DNA of 64,000 nt, taken from positions 7,502,001 to 7,566,000 of the forward strand of contig NC_135664.1 in NCBI RefSeq assembly GCF_964188315.1, written 5' to 3'. Within the stretch, counting starts at the first letter, position 1. Each line of letters begins with the position of its first letter. Made by a program: the position numbers and the translations under genes. Below are positions 1 to 11,588 of this stretch, piece by piece. Under the pieces are notes generated by a model, which worked only from the letters and a program-made list of their open reading frames with translations, did no database searches and was not told the DNA's origin. The stretch comes from Podarcis muralis. Lineage: Eukaryota.

Positions 1-685
1 TTCTTTCACCTTTGGTGGACGTGCCCAAAGATTAAGGCGTTCTGGGAAATGATTTATAACGAATTGAAAAAGGTATTTAAATATACCTTCCTGAAGAAAC
101 CAGAGGCCTTCCTCTTGGGTATTGTCGGCCAAGTGGTGTCAAAGAAGGACAGAACTTTTTTTATGTACGCTACAACAGCAGCAAGAATACTCATCGCAAA
201 GTATTGGAAGACACAAGATCTACCCACCTTGGAAGAATGGCAGATGAAGGTGATAGACTACATGGGTCTGGCAGAGATGACGAGCAGAATCCGAAACCAG
301 GGAAGAGAAACAGCGGAAGAAGATTGGAAAAAATTTAAAGACTATTTAAAGAAATATTGTAAAATTAATGAATGTTAAAATGACGCTGGATTAGAAAATA
401 TGTGGTTATTAGCGGTAATGGATAAGTTAAAGAGAAAAAGTAAGATCAAAATTAAGTCAAAAATAAGGGAAGGATTTGCTAAATAATTAATTAGAAATTG
501 GAATACAGAAAGGGGAGGTATGAGGAAGTCGGGGAAGTAAGTTACAAGAAAATAAGAGCTGAAATTATACTTGTTTTTTGTATTTTCTTTTTGTTTGTCG
601 TTTTTATTGTATTGTTTTGTTTGTCTTTGTTGTTATAAAAAACTTTTGAAACTTCAATAAAAAAATTATTTAAAAAAAATAAAAA
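1..685 (+). mobile_element. L1-clade LINE 3' end (ORF2 C-terminus, 3'UTR, A-rich tail); 5' part lies outside the window
   Basis: Frame 1..378 reads FFHLWWTCPKIKAFWEMIYN...AARILIAKYWK...EEDWKKFKDYLKKYCKINEC*, i.e. the HxWWxC zinc-knuckle end and C-terminus typical of non-mammalian L1 ORF2. AATAAA and an A-rich tail follow at ~655-685. Related copies at 4752 and 15051. Confidence 0.85.
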
Positions 686-1095
686 TACACACATAAACAT
701 GATGGAACCAGATGTGTGTGTGTGTGTCTTGAATATTTGAATGCAAACAGAGAAAGTAAAGCAAGAATCAATAACTGGAAAGTTTTCATTACTCAAAGTT
801 TATTTGCAATCAAGGTGATTTAATCACCTGGATTAAATCAGATGAATGTGTGTGTGTGTTTGCATTTGAAAGTAGACGTTTCTGAACATCTTGCTGATCT
901 GCAGAGGAAGTTTGGCGAAAGATGAAACTAATGTGCCATCTCAGACCATTCACGGACCACTTACATGATGAACTGGTATATATTCACTTGATAATGAAAC
1001 AGTATAGAATTGTTGCACTAGACTCACATGAGCCACCAATCCTTGAAGTGGGATGGGAGCTAAAGTGAGTTGGATTAAAAGCTGTTTTCCCTTTC

Positions 1096-1870
1096 AGGTT
1101 TGTTTGTGGATCGAGGGCCCGACCCCCGCTATGTGAAATAAATACACAAGGACACGTGATATAAGGTTAATGGGCAAGGAAAGGCCACAACTTTATTGAT
1201 TACAGCAGTGAAAAGGTATTGGCTTAGGCATTGGATGACTATAGGAGGTGGGTTTATTCACCAGTAGGTGGAGCCTGTTGATGCTAATCCAACTATAGGC
1301 TCTCCCCTGATGTCACCGAGGGTCGTGCCATGGCCTCCCGCCAAGCAGGCATCGGACGGAATACACGACCGCCAGATTCCTTTAACGGAATACCCCAAAA
1401 TTGAAGGCATAGGCGATGGCCACACCTAGCCCTTGACACAGCACAACACATGAATCCAATGCCTAACCTACCCACCAATACCAAAAAAGTTGTGACGATT
1501 GCTACAAGGTAGGCGAAAAAACCAAAAAGCCTAATGCCAAATGGAAAAATTCCTACCAGGCCCCCCAGACAACCGGGGCGACCAACCTAAGGTCCATAGC
1601 AAGGCCAAAAACCTAGACCCTGAGCTAAATGGGAGTGGAGGGTGGGTGACTCGCTGAGGGACGACGACAAATGAGGAGGAGGCGGAGCTGGCGCCACAGC
1701 ATTAAGCTGCTACACACGCCCCCCGGAGGCACCTGGTTGGCTGCCTCCAGTGGGCGTGGGCGCCAGCCAGGTAAGGAGGGGAGGGGGCTAAGGCCCCCTA
1801 CCAGGGGCGGAGCTTGGTCTCCTGCCCACAACCACTCCCCTCTCTTCCAGGGAGGAGAGTCTTTATACCA
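1096..1870 (-). mobile_element. Probable Ngaro/DIRS-type terminal-repeat fragment
   Basis: The minus strand begins with TGGTATAAAG and carries AATAAAGTTGTGGCC near its end, resembling AAAGAAAGTTGTGGCC at ~6503-6518 downstream of the SGNH-like ORF. GC-rich and non-coding. Family assignment by recall. Confidence 0.45.
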
Positions 1871-1884
1871 CCAGGTCCAACAGT

Positions 1885-2255
1885 ATAAAGGTCTTACTAA
1901 GACTGATAAGTTTGAGGGTATCTGGTGGCCTCTCCTGGTGTTTGTTACTCGATCAGGAGAGCACAGTCAACCTCTACTCTCACAGCTCAATTTTTGGAGA
2001 CAGTTTAGGTCAGTGGTCTTCCATTATTCTTCGTATATCTCATATAATCGTATAACATTTTACCATTTTAGCTTTGAAGTTCTCCCTCCCCAAAGGCAAT
2101 TGATGTTAAACATTTGCAGCCCTGCTTATTGTTTGCTTTTCTCTCTTTTACTGTATTATCCTTTTTTAAAAATTCCCTTTCTTGTTCTGTTTGTCCTCCT
2201 TTGAGGTTTGTAACTGCTTTCTTGACTTACGTAACAAAATGAAATAAAGAAATAC
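1885..2255 (+). mobile_element. Possible short L1-like 3' fragment
   Basis: GLTKTDKFEGIWWPLLVF resembles the KFxxIWxPL terminus of L1 ORF2, followed by a T-rich 3'UTR and AAATAAAG. Confidence 0.35.
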
Positions 2256-2787
2256 TTTATGGAAAACAACGGCGGCGACATCTGACAGAGCAATCAGCAG
2301 ATTTCTAATGAGGAGCATGGGAACTGCGCATGAAAAGAAAGGCTCACTCATGCAGACAGGACGCTCTTCCTCAGAGTTGCACAAGGCACCCAAGCCACAA
2401 GACCTGTTCGTCTTTTTTATTTTCAGGGCGTGATCCTCTCTGCTCTGCTGTTACTTTGTGTAAGGAGACAGCTCCTGCTCCATCTTCTGGGCTGCACTGC
2501 TTTTGATCAATGTCTTCTCATCTGCAAGCCTCTACTCATGGGAGATTATTCCGGTGATGCAGACGATAACGTCCATAGATTTGCCATGGCCCCTCTACTG
2601 ATTGCAGAGCCCAATGTGAAACCCCAAGCACTCTACAGAGGTCTTCTTCCAGGAGTCCCTTTTCAAACAGGGGTGGCTAACCTGTGGTCCTGCCGCTGTT
2701 GCTGGACTCTCCATTCACATCAGACCCAGCCAACATGGTCAATGACACCTGCAGGTCACAAATTAGCCACCTCTTGGTCCAGTACCA

Positions 2788-3152
2788 GGGACGCGGGTGG
2801 CGCTGTGGGTAAAACCTCAGCGCCTAGGACTTGCTGATCGCATGGTCGGCAGTTCGAATCCCCGCGGCGGGGTGTGCTCCCGTCGTTCGGTCCCAGCGCC
2901 TGCCAACCTAGCAGTTCGAAAGCACCTCCGGGTGCAAGTAGATAAATAGGGACCGCTTACCAGCGGGAAGGTAAACGGTGTTCCGTGTGCTGCACTGGCT
3001 CACCAGATGCAGCTTGTCACGCTGGCCACGTGACCCGGAAGTGTCTCCGGACAGCGCTGGCCCCCGGCCTATAGAGTGAGATGAGCGCACAACCCTAGAG
3101 TCTGGCAAGATTGGCCCATACGGGCAGGGGTACCTTTACCTTTACCTTTACC
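2788..3152 (+). mobile_element. Sauria SINE, full length
   Basis: tRNA-like head GGGACGCGGGTGGCGCTGTGG, B box GTTCGAATCC, (ACCTTT)n tail. 13-bp TSD TGGTCCAGTACCA at 2775-2787 and 3153-3165. Confidence 0.92.
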
Positions 3153-3355
3153 TGGTCCAGTACCACCCAAAAGAAGTGGATTTGTAAGTTATTTTGGCTG
3201 TTTCCCCATTACTTAATTTGATCGTATCTTTAAGATATATCTTAACTCTACATGAACAGCCTGCATTTGTCTCTCCTGCAATTTAAACCCATTGCATTTT
3301 ATTGTATCCTGATGTGATGCTTTCAAAATAAATCATCATACAACATTACTCAATA

Positions 3356-3597
3356 CAGTAGTATCTTGGGTTAGAGACGCTTCAGGTTACAGACGCTTCA
3401 GGTTACAGACTCTGCTAACCCAGAAATAGTACCTCGGGTTAAGAACTTTGCTTCAGGATGAGAACAGGAATGGCATGGCGGTGGTGCGGCAGCAGCAGGA
3501 GGCCCCATTAGCTAAAGTGGTACCCCAGGTTAAGAACAGTTTCAGGTTAAGAACGGACCTCCAGAATGAATTAAGTTCTTATCCTGAGGTACCACTG
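3356..3597. mobile_element. Tc1/mariner-pogo (Tigger-like) MITE
   Basis: TIRs CAGTAGTATCTTGGGTT / ATCCTGAGGTACCACTG flanked by TA on both sides. Near-identical family member at 8722-8963. Confidence 0.8.
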
Positions 3598-3754
3598 TAT
3601 TTGAAAGTTGTACATATAGCTTTATTTTGAAAGTGTATAAGCTGGCCTCTGGCATAACTTCCCAGAGCAGTGTGCTGTTAAGAAAATAAAACTACATAAT
3701 AAATTTAACAGCAAAAAAAAGTGTTTTCTCCCTCTTAGGCTGCAACTTTATGCT

Positions 3755-4070
3755 AGGGTGGCGAACCTCAGTCTCAGGGACCAATCCTCTCTGTCTGGCT
3801 GTCAGGACTCTCCCCTGGCCATCCCTACTCTGCTCACACCCTTCACGTGCTCTGGTTTGTACCCCAAATATTTTTACCTGACTGGAATGTGCCTTTGACC
3901 TCTGAAGAGTAGAGAAGCCTGTGTGAGTGTGTGGAGAAACTAGGCTGCTGAAACAAAGGTAAAATGCGTATTTATTGCTCTGCCTGCTTTTACCTCTGAC
4001 CCTGCCCACCAGTGGGATGTGGTCCCTGGAAGGATGAGAAGAAGATGCCCTCCAGGCTAGCAGATCAGAA
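3755..4070. mobile_element. Degenerate non-autonomous DNA transposon (hAT-like)
   Basis: Shares the internal segment GTGTGGA(GA)AACTAG...ACAAAGGTAAAAT...TATTT.TTGCTCTG with 28480-28790. Starts with a TAGGGTGGCGAACCT TIR-like sequence. Confidence 0.45.
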
Positions 4071-4751
4071 TAGATGCTTATTGTCATCGGGCAAATCAGA
4101 ACAAATGCTCAATCAAGAGTGGGTGCCGTAAGCTTTGTACAAGCAGACCAGGATGATTGCTCCATCAGCAGGTTGCCTGGAAGAGACACAGGTGCCCATA
4201 TCAAACAAGAAAAATATCCTCTTTCCATAATGATGCCTCTTTCATGCCCTACCTAAAATGGCCACTCACCCAGTCCAAGTGGTGGACCATGTTTGCGGCC
4301 CAGCGTGTGGCTTCCCCATCCTCACAAAGCCAACCGACGGGGCACAGTGCCCATAGGGGCAGGGCGCATGGCACCCATAGGAACTGGACGGAGTGCATGG
4401 CGTCCTGTGCTGTCCCTATGGGTGTCATGCCATGCCCTGCCCTGTCCCTGTGGACGCCGCGTGCCGTGTGCCGTGCCATCCCCATGGGTGCTGGGGCGCG
4501 CCCATCCCTATGGCGAACAGCGCAGAGCCTGCGAGCGTCGAGATGTGTGACTTGTGCGCGCTGCAGGCCCCATGGTGATGAGTGCCGCCCGCCATTTTGT
4601 CACCCCCCGGTCAGGGTGAGACCTGGGGTGGACCACATCTCCCGCACACCCCTCCATACGCCCCTGCTAAAGCCATGCTGCTTTTGTCAGCTGTCACTCT
4701 GCTCCCACAGCCATCGCAGAGCCTGCTGGGTTCCCGCCAAAGCCAGATTCA

Positions 4752-5302
4752 TGGGTTTTTTTAATAAGATATTTATTAACCTTTTTTTTCTAAAAAAAGA
4801 CATAAGTTCACAAAATATAAAAAATAAGAACAAAGAGTTACAAAGAGAATATAGAAAATAAAAAAATAAAAAGAGAAATACAAGTATTATCAAAAATAAA
4901 AATATATAGAAAATACATACAAAATACAAAAAACAAAATAGCTAAGAAAAAACGTTTAAAAACAAATCCAGTTTTCAATATCTATAAACTCATTTGCTTA
5001 TTTTCTTGACTTCCTCACACCTCCCTTTTTTGTATTCCCATTTATATGATCGATTCAGCAAATCCTTACCCTCTTTCCTTAATTTTAACTTTAGATCTTA
5101 ACCTATTATAACAATATATTTTCATCCATTTATCAATCCGTATTTACATATTCTTATTAATCTTATTACCAATGCCACTTATTTTCAATCCAAACATCAT
5201 TTTAACATTCATTAATTTTACAGTATTTCCGCAAGTATTCTTTAAATTCCTTCCAATCTTCTTCCACCGACTCTTCTCCCAGGTCCCGGATTCTGCCAGT
5301 CA
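4752..5302 (-). mobile_element. 5'-truncated L1 with target-site duplication
   Basis: The reverse strand encodes ..TGRIRDLGEESVEEDWKEFKEYLRKYCKINEC*, with a T-rich tail at the left end. 19-bp TSD CCCGCCAAAGCCAGATTCA at 4733-4751 and 5303-5321. Confidence 0.9.
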
Positions 5303-5329
5303 CCCGCCAAAGCCAGATTCAAATCTGGC

Positions 5330-6590
5330 CTATCCGTGGCAGCCTGGGGGGCAGGGCAACTAGAGCACACCGAGTTGGAGCTGGGTCAACTCCTGTCCAC
5401 TCATGACAAATAATGAGGGTTGCGCTGGGGTGCCCTCATGCTGAAATTTCAATAGGCAGGCACTTCACACCGTCCCTGGGGTGCTCATTCATCTGGGCGA
5501 GAATGATCTGGTTGCACAAAAGAGCATCAATTTAATCACGGCAGCAATTGTGGACGTTGAAAGAATCCGGGCGATGTGCCCAGATAACACCATCTTTTGG
5601 TCTGAGCTCCTGCGATGGAAAGGGGCCTTCAAGCCTTCTCGCCTCAATTACGCCCTAGTAAAAATCAACAAGGGACGCGGGTGGCGCTGTGGGTTAAAGC
5701 ACAGAGCCTAGGACTTGCTGATCAGAAGGTCGGCGGTTCGAATCCCCGCGACGGGGTGAGCTCCCGTTGCTCGGTCCCTGCTCCTGCCAACCTAGCAGTT
5801 TGAAAGCACGTCAAAGTGCAAGTAGATAAATAGGGACCACTCCGGCGGGAAGGAAAACGGCATTTCCGTGCGCTGCTCTGGTTCGCCAGAAGTGGCTTAG
5901 TCATGCTGGTCACATGACCCGGAAGCTGTCTGCGGACAAACGCCGGCTCCCTCGGCCTATGGAGCAAGATGAGCAACCCCAGAGTCAGTCACGACTGGAC
6001 CTAATGGTCAGGGGTCCCTTTACCTAAAAATCAACAGGGCTTTACACAACACGACCCTGCCTCTTGGTGGCCAAGTGATATCCGGACCTTAAAACTGACA
6101 AATTTTCACCTCGTCCCTAAAGGGAATGAACATTGGTTGAGAGCTGTGAAGCAAGGCCTTGAGGAATGGTTGTAGGTAGTCTTGGTGGCGAGACTGCGAT
6201 TTTGCAGTCTCGAGTGGCCTTGGGCGGAATCCCTTAGTCTGATAACTGATGAAGGGGTGAAGGGGTGACTCACTCCTTCCATGATGGCATTAACAGTGTA
6301 CTCTGTTAGAGGGGTCTTGAGGGGAGTCTCTGTCCACAAGCGCACAACAGGTGGGCCATAGAACACCCCCCTCCCCGGCGTCGCACGTTTTGCAGTGGTT
6401 CCATATTCCTGTTTGACCCTGTCATGCCTCAGATCCCCAGCGGGAGGCTGAGAGGGATACATTGCCCAGGGCCTATGCCAAGGTTTCTTACGTCTGAAAT
6501 TTAAAGAAAGTTGTGGCCAATTTAATCCCGAAATACGTTGTCATGTCTTCTCCTTTGATATCGGGTCTGGCTTCCAGGGAAAGAAGGGGG
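5330..6590 (+). mobile_element. Ngaro/DIRS-like retrotransposon 3' fragment with decayed SGNH-hydrolase-like ORF, split by a SINE
   Basis: Translated motifs GLRWGAL (~5417-5437) and LIHLGENDL..IFWSELL.RWKGA..LNYALVKIN (5481-5670). After the SINE comes a DKFHL (DxxH-like) segment at ~6097-6111. The 3' non-coding part contains AAAGTTGTGGCC. SGNH ORFs are an established feature of some Ngaro elements. Confidence 0.6.
5672..6024 (+). mobile_element. Sauria SINE
   Basis: A box TGGCGCTGTGG, B box GGTTCGAATCC (5735-5745), CCTTTACC tail. 12-bp TSD TAAAAATCAACA at 5659-5670 and 6025-6036. Confidence 0.92.
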
Positions 6591-6597
6591 ACTGTGC

Positions 6598-6944
6598 CAG
6601 GGACGCGGACTTATAAAAAATATTGGGGGGGCCCGGGAAAGCTCATGAATAATAAATAAGCTCATGAATATGCAAATAAAGTGGCGCCGCCTCCTCGTGA
6701 GCGAATAGGGGAGAGCGTGCTGCGCCTATTAATCAGCTCCAAAGGAAATTGGGTGGAGCTTTTGCTCGGGAGGGAGGGCAGGAGGCATGCAGCCCGCCCC
6801 TCCCTGTGCATTTTGGGCTGGGGGAGGGGCAGCGATGGCGCTCTGCTGGAGGGGCGCCGGAGATTATTGGGGGGGCAGAGCCCCCCCAAACGAATTTTTG
6901 AGGGGGCTCGGGCCCCCTCAAGCCCCATGGAGTCGGCGCCTATG
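6598..6944. mobile_element. hAT-type MITE
   Basis: Imperfect TIRs CAGGGACGCGGACT / AGTCGGCGCCTATG. Perfect 8-bp TSD GACTGTGC at 6590-6597 and 6945-6952. Confidence 0.8.
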
Positions 6945-8721
6945 GACTGTGCCTGGGCATGCAAAGGAACGCTTGTCCATGCTTAATACCTCCACTCAGA
7001 TACTGTCCTTAAGTGCAATTCCCCATCACTTTTGTAACTGTGAACAGATATTGTTGTTTTTTGTGGATTTCTTGCACCACAGCAACGGAGAATTTTAATC
7101 CACTTTATTTCCTTAAACCTAAATTTCCGATATGCAATTGAATCCCCGCCCCCAAATGCCACCAATCTGCAGGTGACCCAGCACACATTTCCACTGGAAA
7201 ACAGTTCCTCACTCAGCAACTGGGTGCTTGCTTGTTTACTATATTCTGTCCCCTATCAGCACCACTCTTCGTATCAAGCACTCCATTAATCATCTTCTTG
7301 GCCTTATTCATCTTACCTGAAGTGTAAGCCCCCTCTAGACTCACCTGGAGCCCCTTCTGTTTCCTGTGCAGCTGCAGCAGTTAGTACAATGTGGAGGCTA
7401 AATAAATGTGAAGCTCTAGCCAACTCCCTATCCCCTGCTGGGAAGACTCTGCTGGCTTAGAATCGCATACTTGTTCCCACAGGCATGGGTCCAGACTCCA
7501 CAAGCACAGAGCTGTTGGTTTGAGCATGTTGCCACATCAAATAGAGGAAGTCTCAGAACACAGAGCACATTCATGCTGTTTTACCAGCCCATGGGGTCCA
7601 CTGATCAGCTGGCACTGGGAGGTGGAGCGTGCAGGCTCCTAGCAGCCGAGGCGACATTCCCCCGAGGCTCGGCTGGAAATAAAAACACAGAGCTCTCACC
7701 TGGATTTCTCCAGCTGGGGTACAAACAAGAGTTGCCGTTTGGCCATGCAGTGTGTGCATGAATGTGTTGCCTCTTTCCCTGTCTTTGCCTGATAAGACAA
7801 GACTCCTCTCTCTGGGAATGCGAGGGGTAATTGCCAGCAGAGACCTTCGCAGCGGTCATCGCAAGAGGCTGCATACAAAGGAAGCACTAAAGCCACTTAC
7901 GTCCGGCCATATAGCTTCAGCAATAAAGCGAGAACACCTGTAGTACTTTGGAGGTTGCTTTTTATTGCTGTTGCCTCTCTGAAGTTAAAGACCAACAGAG
8001 GAATAAAATCAATGGTCCTTAAACCATGCTTGTTTTAATACTTGCTGCTATGGCTATTCCCCAGCCAGCTCAAGCAAGCAGTTGTCAATGTTGAGCTAGA
8101 CTTGAGGATGGCTAAACTTTGTTGTAGACCAGAAAGGTGCAATGTCCAGGATACCTGGGGTGTGGATAGTGACATTATATAGCTTTGTCATAAGGTGGCA
8201 CTATTGAACTGGGTGGAGTCGGGAGCTTTCTGTTGCTGTTCTGTCTTACTTAAGAGAGAGAGACAATCATCATCATCATCAAATCTGTATTACGGTCATA
8301 GACCAGCACAAGTAGGGTGGAGGTACAATCATTTAGAACATGTAGAACGTTTTGGAAAGCTAAAAAGTATTAAAACAGAAGGTATATCTAAAGGACTATA
8401 AGAATCTAAAAGAAGGGTTAGGAGCATTAAAGGGGTGTGGAAAAACATAAAAGATTAGTATGTAAAAGACTATAACTCCCTACTAAACATCTTCCAAGGC
8501 AATAATGCCCACTCACAACACAAAGAGCTCATAAACAACCTACTTTCTGCAGCCAGAAGCATCATAACCAGACACTGGAGAGACCTGTCAGGAGTAGGCA
8601 GAGACCATGGGCAGGCAAACTAAGGCCTGGGGGCCTGATCTGGCCCAATCGCCTTCTAAATCCGGCCCGCAGACAGTCCGGGAATCAGCGTGTTTTTACA
8701 TGAGTAGAATGTGTCCTTTTA

Positions 8722-8963
8722 CAGTGGTACCTCGGGTTCCATACGCTTCAGGTTACATACGCTTCAGGTTACAGACTCCGCTAACCCAGAAATAGTAACT
8801 CGGGTTAAGAAATTTGCTTCAGGATGAGAACAGAAATTGTGCTCCAGCGGCACAGCAGCAGCAGGAGGCCCCATTAGATAAAGTGGTGCTTCAGGTTAAG
8901 AACAGTTTCAGGTTAAGAACGGACCTCCGGAATGAATTAAGTAATTAACCCGAGGTACCACTG
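8722..8963. mobile_element. Tigger-like MITE
   Basis: TIRs CAGTGGTACCTCGGGTT / AACCCGAGGTACCACTG with TA duplication. Confidence 0.88.
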
Positions 8964-8969
8964 TATTTG

Positions 8970-9329
8970 GGACGCGGGTGGCTCTGTGGGTAAAAGCCTC
9001 AGCGCCTAGGGCTTGCCGATCATATGGTCAGCGGTTCGAATCCCCGTGGCGGGATGCGCTCCCATTGTTCGGTCCCAGCGCCTGCCAACCTAGCAGTTCG
9101 AAAGCACCCCCGGGTGCAAGTAGATAAATAGGGACCGCTTACTGGCGGGAAGTAAACGGCGTTTCCGTGTGCGGCTCTGGCTCGCCAGATGCAGCTTGTC
9201 ACGCTGGCCACGTGACCCGGAAGTGTCTCCGGACAGCGCTGGCCCCCGGCCTCTTGAGTGAGATGGGCGCACAACCCTAGAGTCTGTCAAGACTGGCCCG
9301 TACGGGCAGGGGTACCTTTACCTTTACCT
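8970..9329 (+). mobile_element. Sauria SINE, full length
   Basis: Same structure as 2788-3152. 14-bp TSD TACCACTGTATTTG at 8956-8969 and 9330-9343. Confidence 0.92.
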
Positions 9330-10821
9330 TACCACTGTATTTGAAATGCATCTCTGGGTTATTTGTGGGGCATAGGACTTCATTCATTTTTTTCCCTTCA
9401 AAATATAGTCCAGCCCACCACAAGGTCTGAGGGACAGTAGACTGGCCCCCTGCTGAAAAACTTTGCTGACCCCTGGCATAGACCAACGGTATCAAATAGT
9501 ATGGGAAACCTTGTTAGAAAAACTAACCAACAAACTGAAACTGACAAGGGGACAAATAGAAGAAGATGCCTTCACCCGGTATGGTTCCCCTTTATCACAT
9601 ACACAGCCCAACCAGACAACAACAAGAACCTTCCAGCAGCATTCAAATCAATCTGGTTAACCTGATCCAAAAACACCCACTCACACATGAAAACAAATTT
9701 CACCACAGCCAATCAAAGACAACCAACCACAGCCTTGGCCGCCCCCAACCTCTCTCACCACCAAAGGAAAACAAGCAAATAGTAAAGAGAACCCGCACAA
9801 GAGATACTGACACAAAACCCCACACATACACTAAGTAGAACAGAAGCATTGCCCCCCGACCCCACCCCACTCACCATTCCCCTCTCTACCTCTTTCCCCC
9901 TTTTTCTTCATAATGTGACACTAATGTCTCAACAAATGAAATTGGTCTGCAGAAAATGTGACTTGAAGAAGAGACATTGCACACACTTTTGTAAACCAAG
10001 AAATCTTTAATAAAAATATTTTTTTAAAAAAAGCGATAGCTATCAATTTAGAGAGCACTCTGATGTGAGTGTTCATTAAATCTAGTTTGTGACACAGGTC
10101 ATCATGCGACGAATTTAAAACCACTCTGTTGGTCTGTCTCTGCACAAAAGGCCAGTTTCCAAATAGTTATACCAGGACTGGCCAATCCCCAGGCTTTGTA
10201 CTGTCTGCCAATAGCAGGATATGACACCACACACCCCTTCTGTGCCTTAAGATGTCTTGCAGCCTGACCCCTAACAGTTCTTCAGTGAGCTAGGTGCCAA
10301 CTACACCTCATTGTGGTCTCAGTTCAAGCTCTGTCGTCTTCGACGCTTTTATTTAATTAAAATATTTACATCTTGCCTGACAAACCCCCAAAGCATGTGA
10401 CAATCAGAAAACATTAACACACAATGAACCTTTTTTAAGGGCACAGATCACTGGAAGAGTGAAGCTATAAAAAGTCCACACCCTCATATTCAGAAGTCAT
10501 GACTGCAACTGATGTTCTTGGAAGCTTTCCCCGATAGCCACGGGGCAAAATAGCCTCCCTTGGAAGTGTGTTGCCTAGCAACTGGAGGCAGAGAGCACAG
10601 GCTGGTTCCATCCCTGTAAGTTAGTGTACCTGGACAGGTAGACAGTCTGCAGCTTCCATCTCTCCTCATAGCTGTAGTGGCTGATGAAGGCACTGTGGAA
10701 GGAAGATGTAAGATGCCTGCTCTCCAGGCCTGAACTGCTCCTGCTTTTGCTGCTCTTACGACGATCGCCTTTGCTGAAAAAGTCCTCCATGTGCCACATT
10801 TACAGTGTGCTCAGGCATGTG

Positions 10822-11020
10822 AAGGACACCCTCCCATCAGATGTCAAAGAGATAAATAATTATACGACCTTCTGTAGACACCTGAAGGCAGCCCTGTATC
10901 AAGACGCTTTTAATGTGTGGTGTTCTGTTGTGTTGTTGTTGTTGTGTTTCTGTACATTATGTTGGAAGCCACCCAGAGTGGCTCGGGCAACTCAGTCAGA
11001 TGGACAGAGTACAAATATAA

Positions 11021-11062
<42 letters not shown>
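10822..11062 (+). mobile_element. L2-clade LINE 3' end with (ATT)14 tail
   Basis: CCCTCCCATCAGATGTCAAAGA...GAAGGCAG...TTGGAAGCCACCCA...GGGCAAC.CAGTC.GATGGACAG closely matches 55910-56090. Microsatellite tail at 11021-11062. Confidence 0.8.
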
Positions 11063-11418
11063 GGTTACTATTATTGATGGTTATTATTATTCATTGTTAT
11101 TATTATTCATCGTTATTATTGCCTTCCTGCAGTTTTACATTTGCTTTTGCAGTGCTGATCCTAAGCGCTTTTGCCGCAGACACAAAAGGTCCGAATGACA
11201 GAACCATTTCCCCTGCCCATTTTTAACATTTTATTCAAGCCGGAGCTGGAAGTTACAAAAGAGATGGAGCAGTTTCTTTGCGGGTCATTCTCTCTCCTTT
11301 CCGTGATACCGCATCAGAACACTATGGATGATGTCTTAGAATCCTATTTATTGTACTAAATTTACGAAATTTGCTAAGACATGCTAAAGAAGAGGAGAGA
11401 GATCCTTTTGACAAAATA

Positions 11419-11588
11419 CCGTATTTTTTGCACCATAACACTCACTTTTTTCCTCCTAAAAAGTAAGGGGAAATGTCTGTGCGTGTTATGGAGGGAATGC
11501 CTACAGGTGGCATGCCTACGGATTTTCCTCCTCTAAAAACTACGTGCGTGTTATGGTCGGGTGCGTGTTATAGAGCGAAAAATACAAG
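11419..11588. mobile_element. Tc1/mariner-type MITE
   Basis: TA|CCGTATTTTTTGCACCATAACAC ... GTGTTATAGAGCGAAAAATACAAG|TA imperfect TIRs with TA flanks. Confidence 0.7.

Larger units (their letters stand above)
8606..9475. mobile_element. hAT (Charlie-like) MITE hosting two nested elements
   Basis: Ends CATGGGCAGGCAAACT / ACTTTGCTGACCCCTG. 8-bp TSD GCAGAGAC (8598-8605) / GCATAGAC (9476-9483) with one mismatch. Confidence 0.75.
8470..10032 (+). mobile_element. L1 3' fragment (second family), interrupted at 8606-9475
   Basis: Left part reads NIFQGNNAHSQHKELINNLLSAARSIITRHWRDLSG and resumes IDQRYQIVWETL..LEKLTNKLKL after the insertion. AATAAA and an A-rich tail at ~10007-10032. Confidence 0.7.

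Noticed and set aside
5672-5760. tRNA genes suggested by A and B boxes (also at 2788, 8970, 45140, 62440)
   Set aside because: These are tRNA-derived SINE heads followed by SINE bodies, tails and TSDs, with no cloverleaf.
10684-11226. ORFs with poly-Tyr or poly-Leu
   Set aside because: They are translations of the (ATT)n tail of an L2 element.
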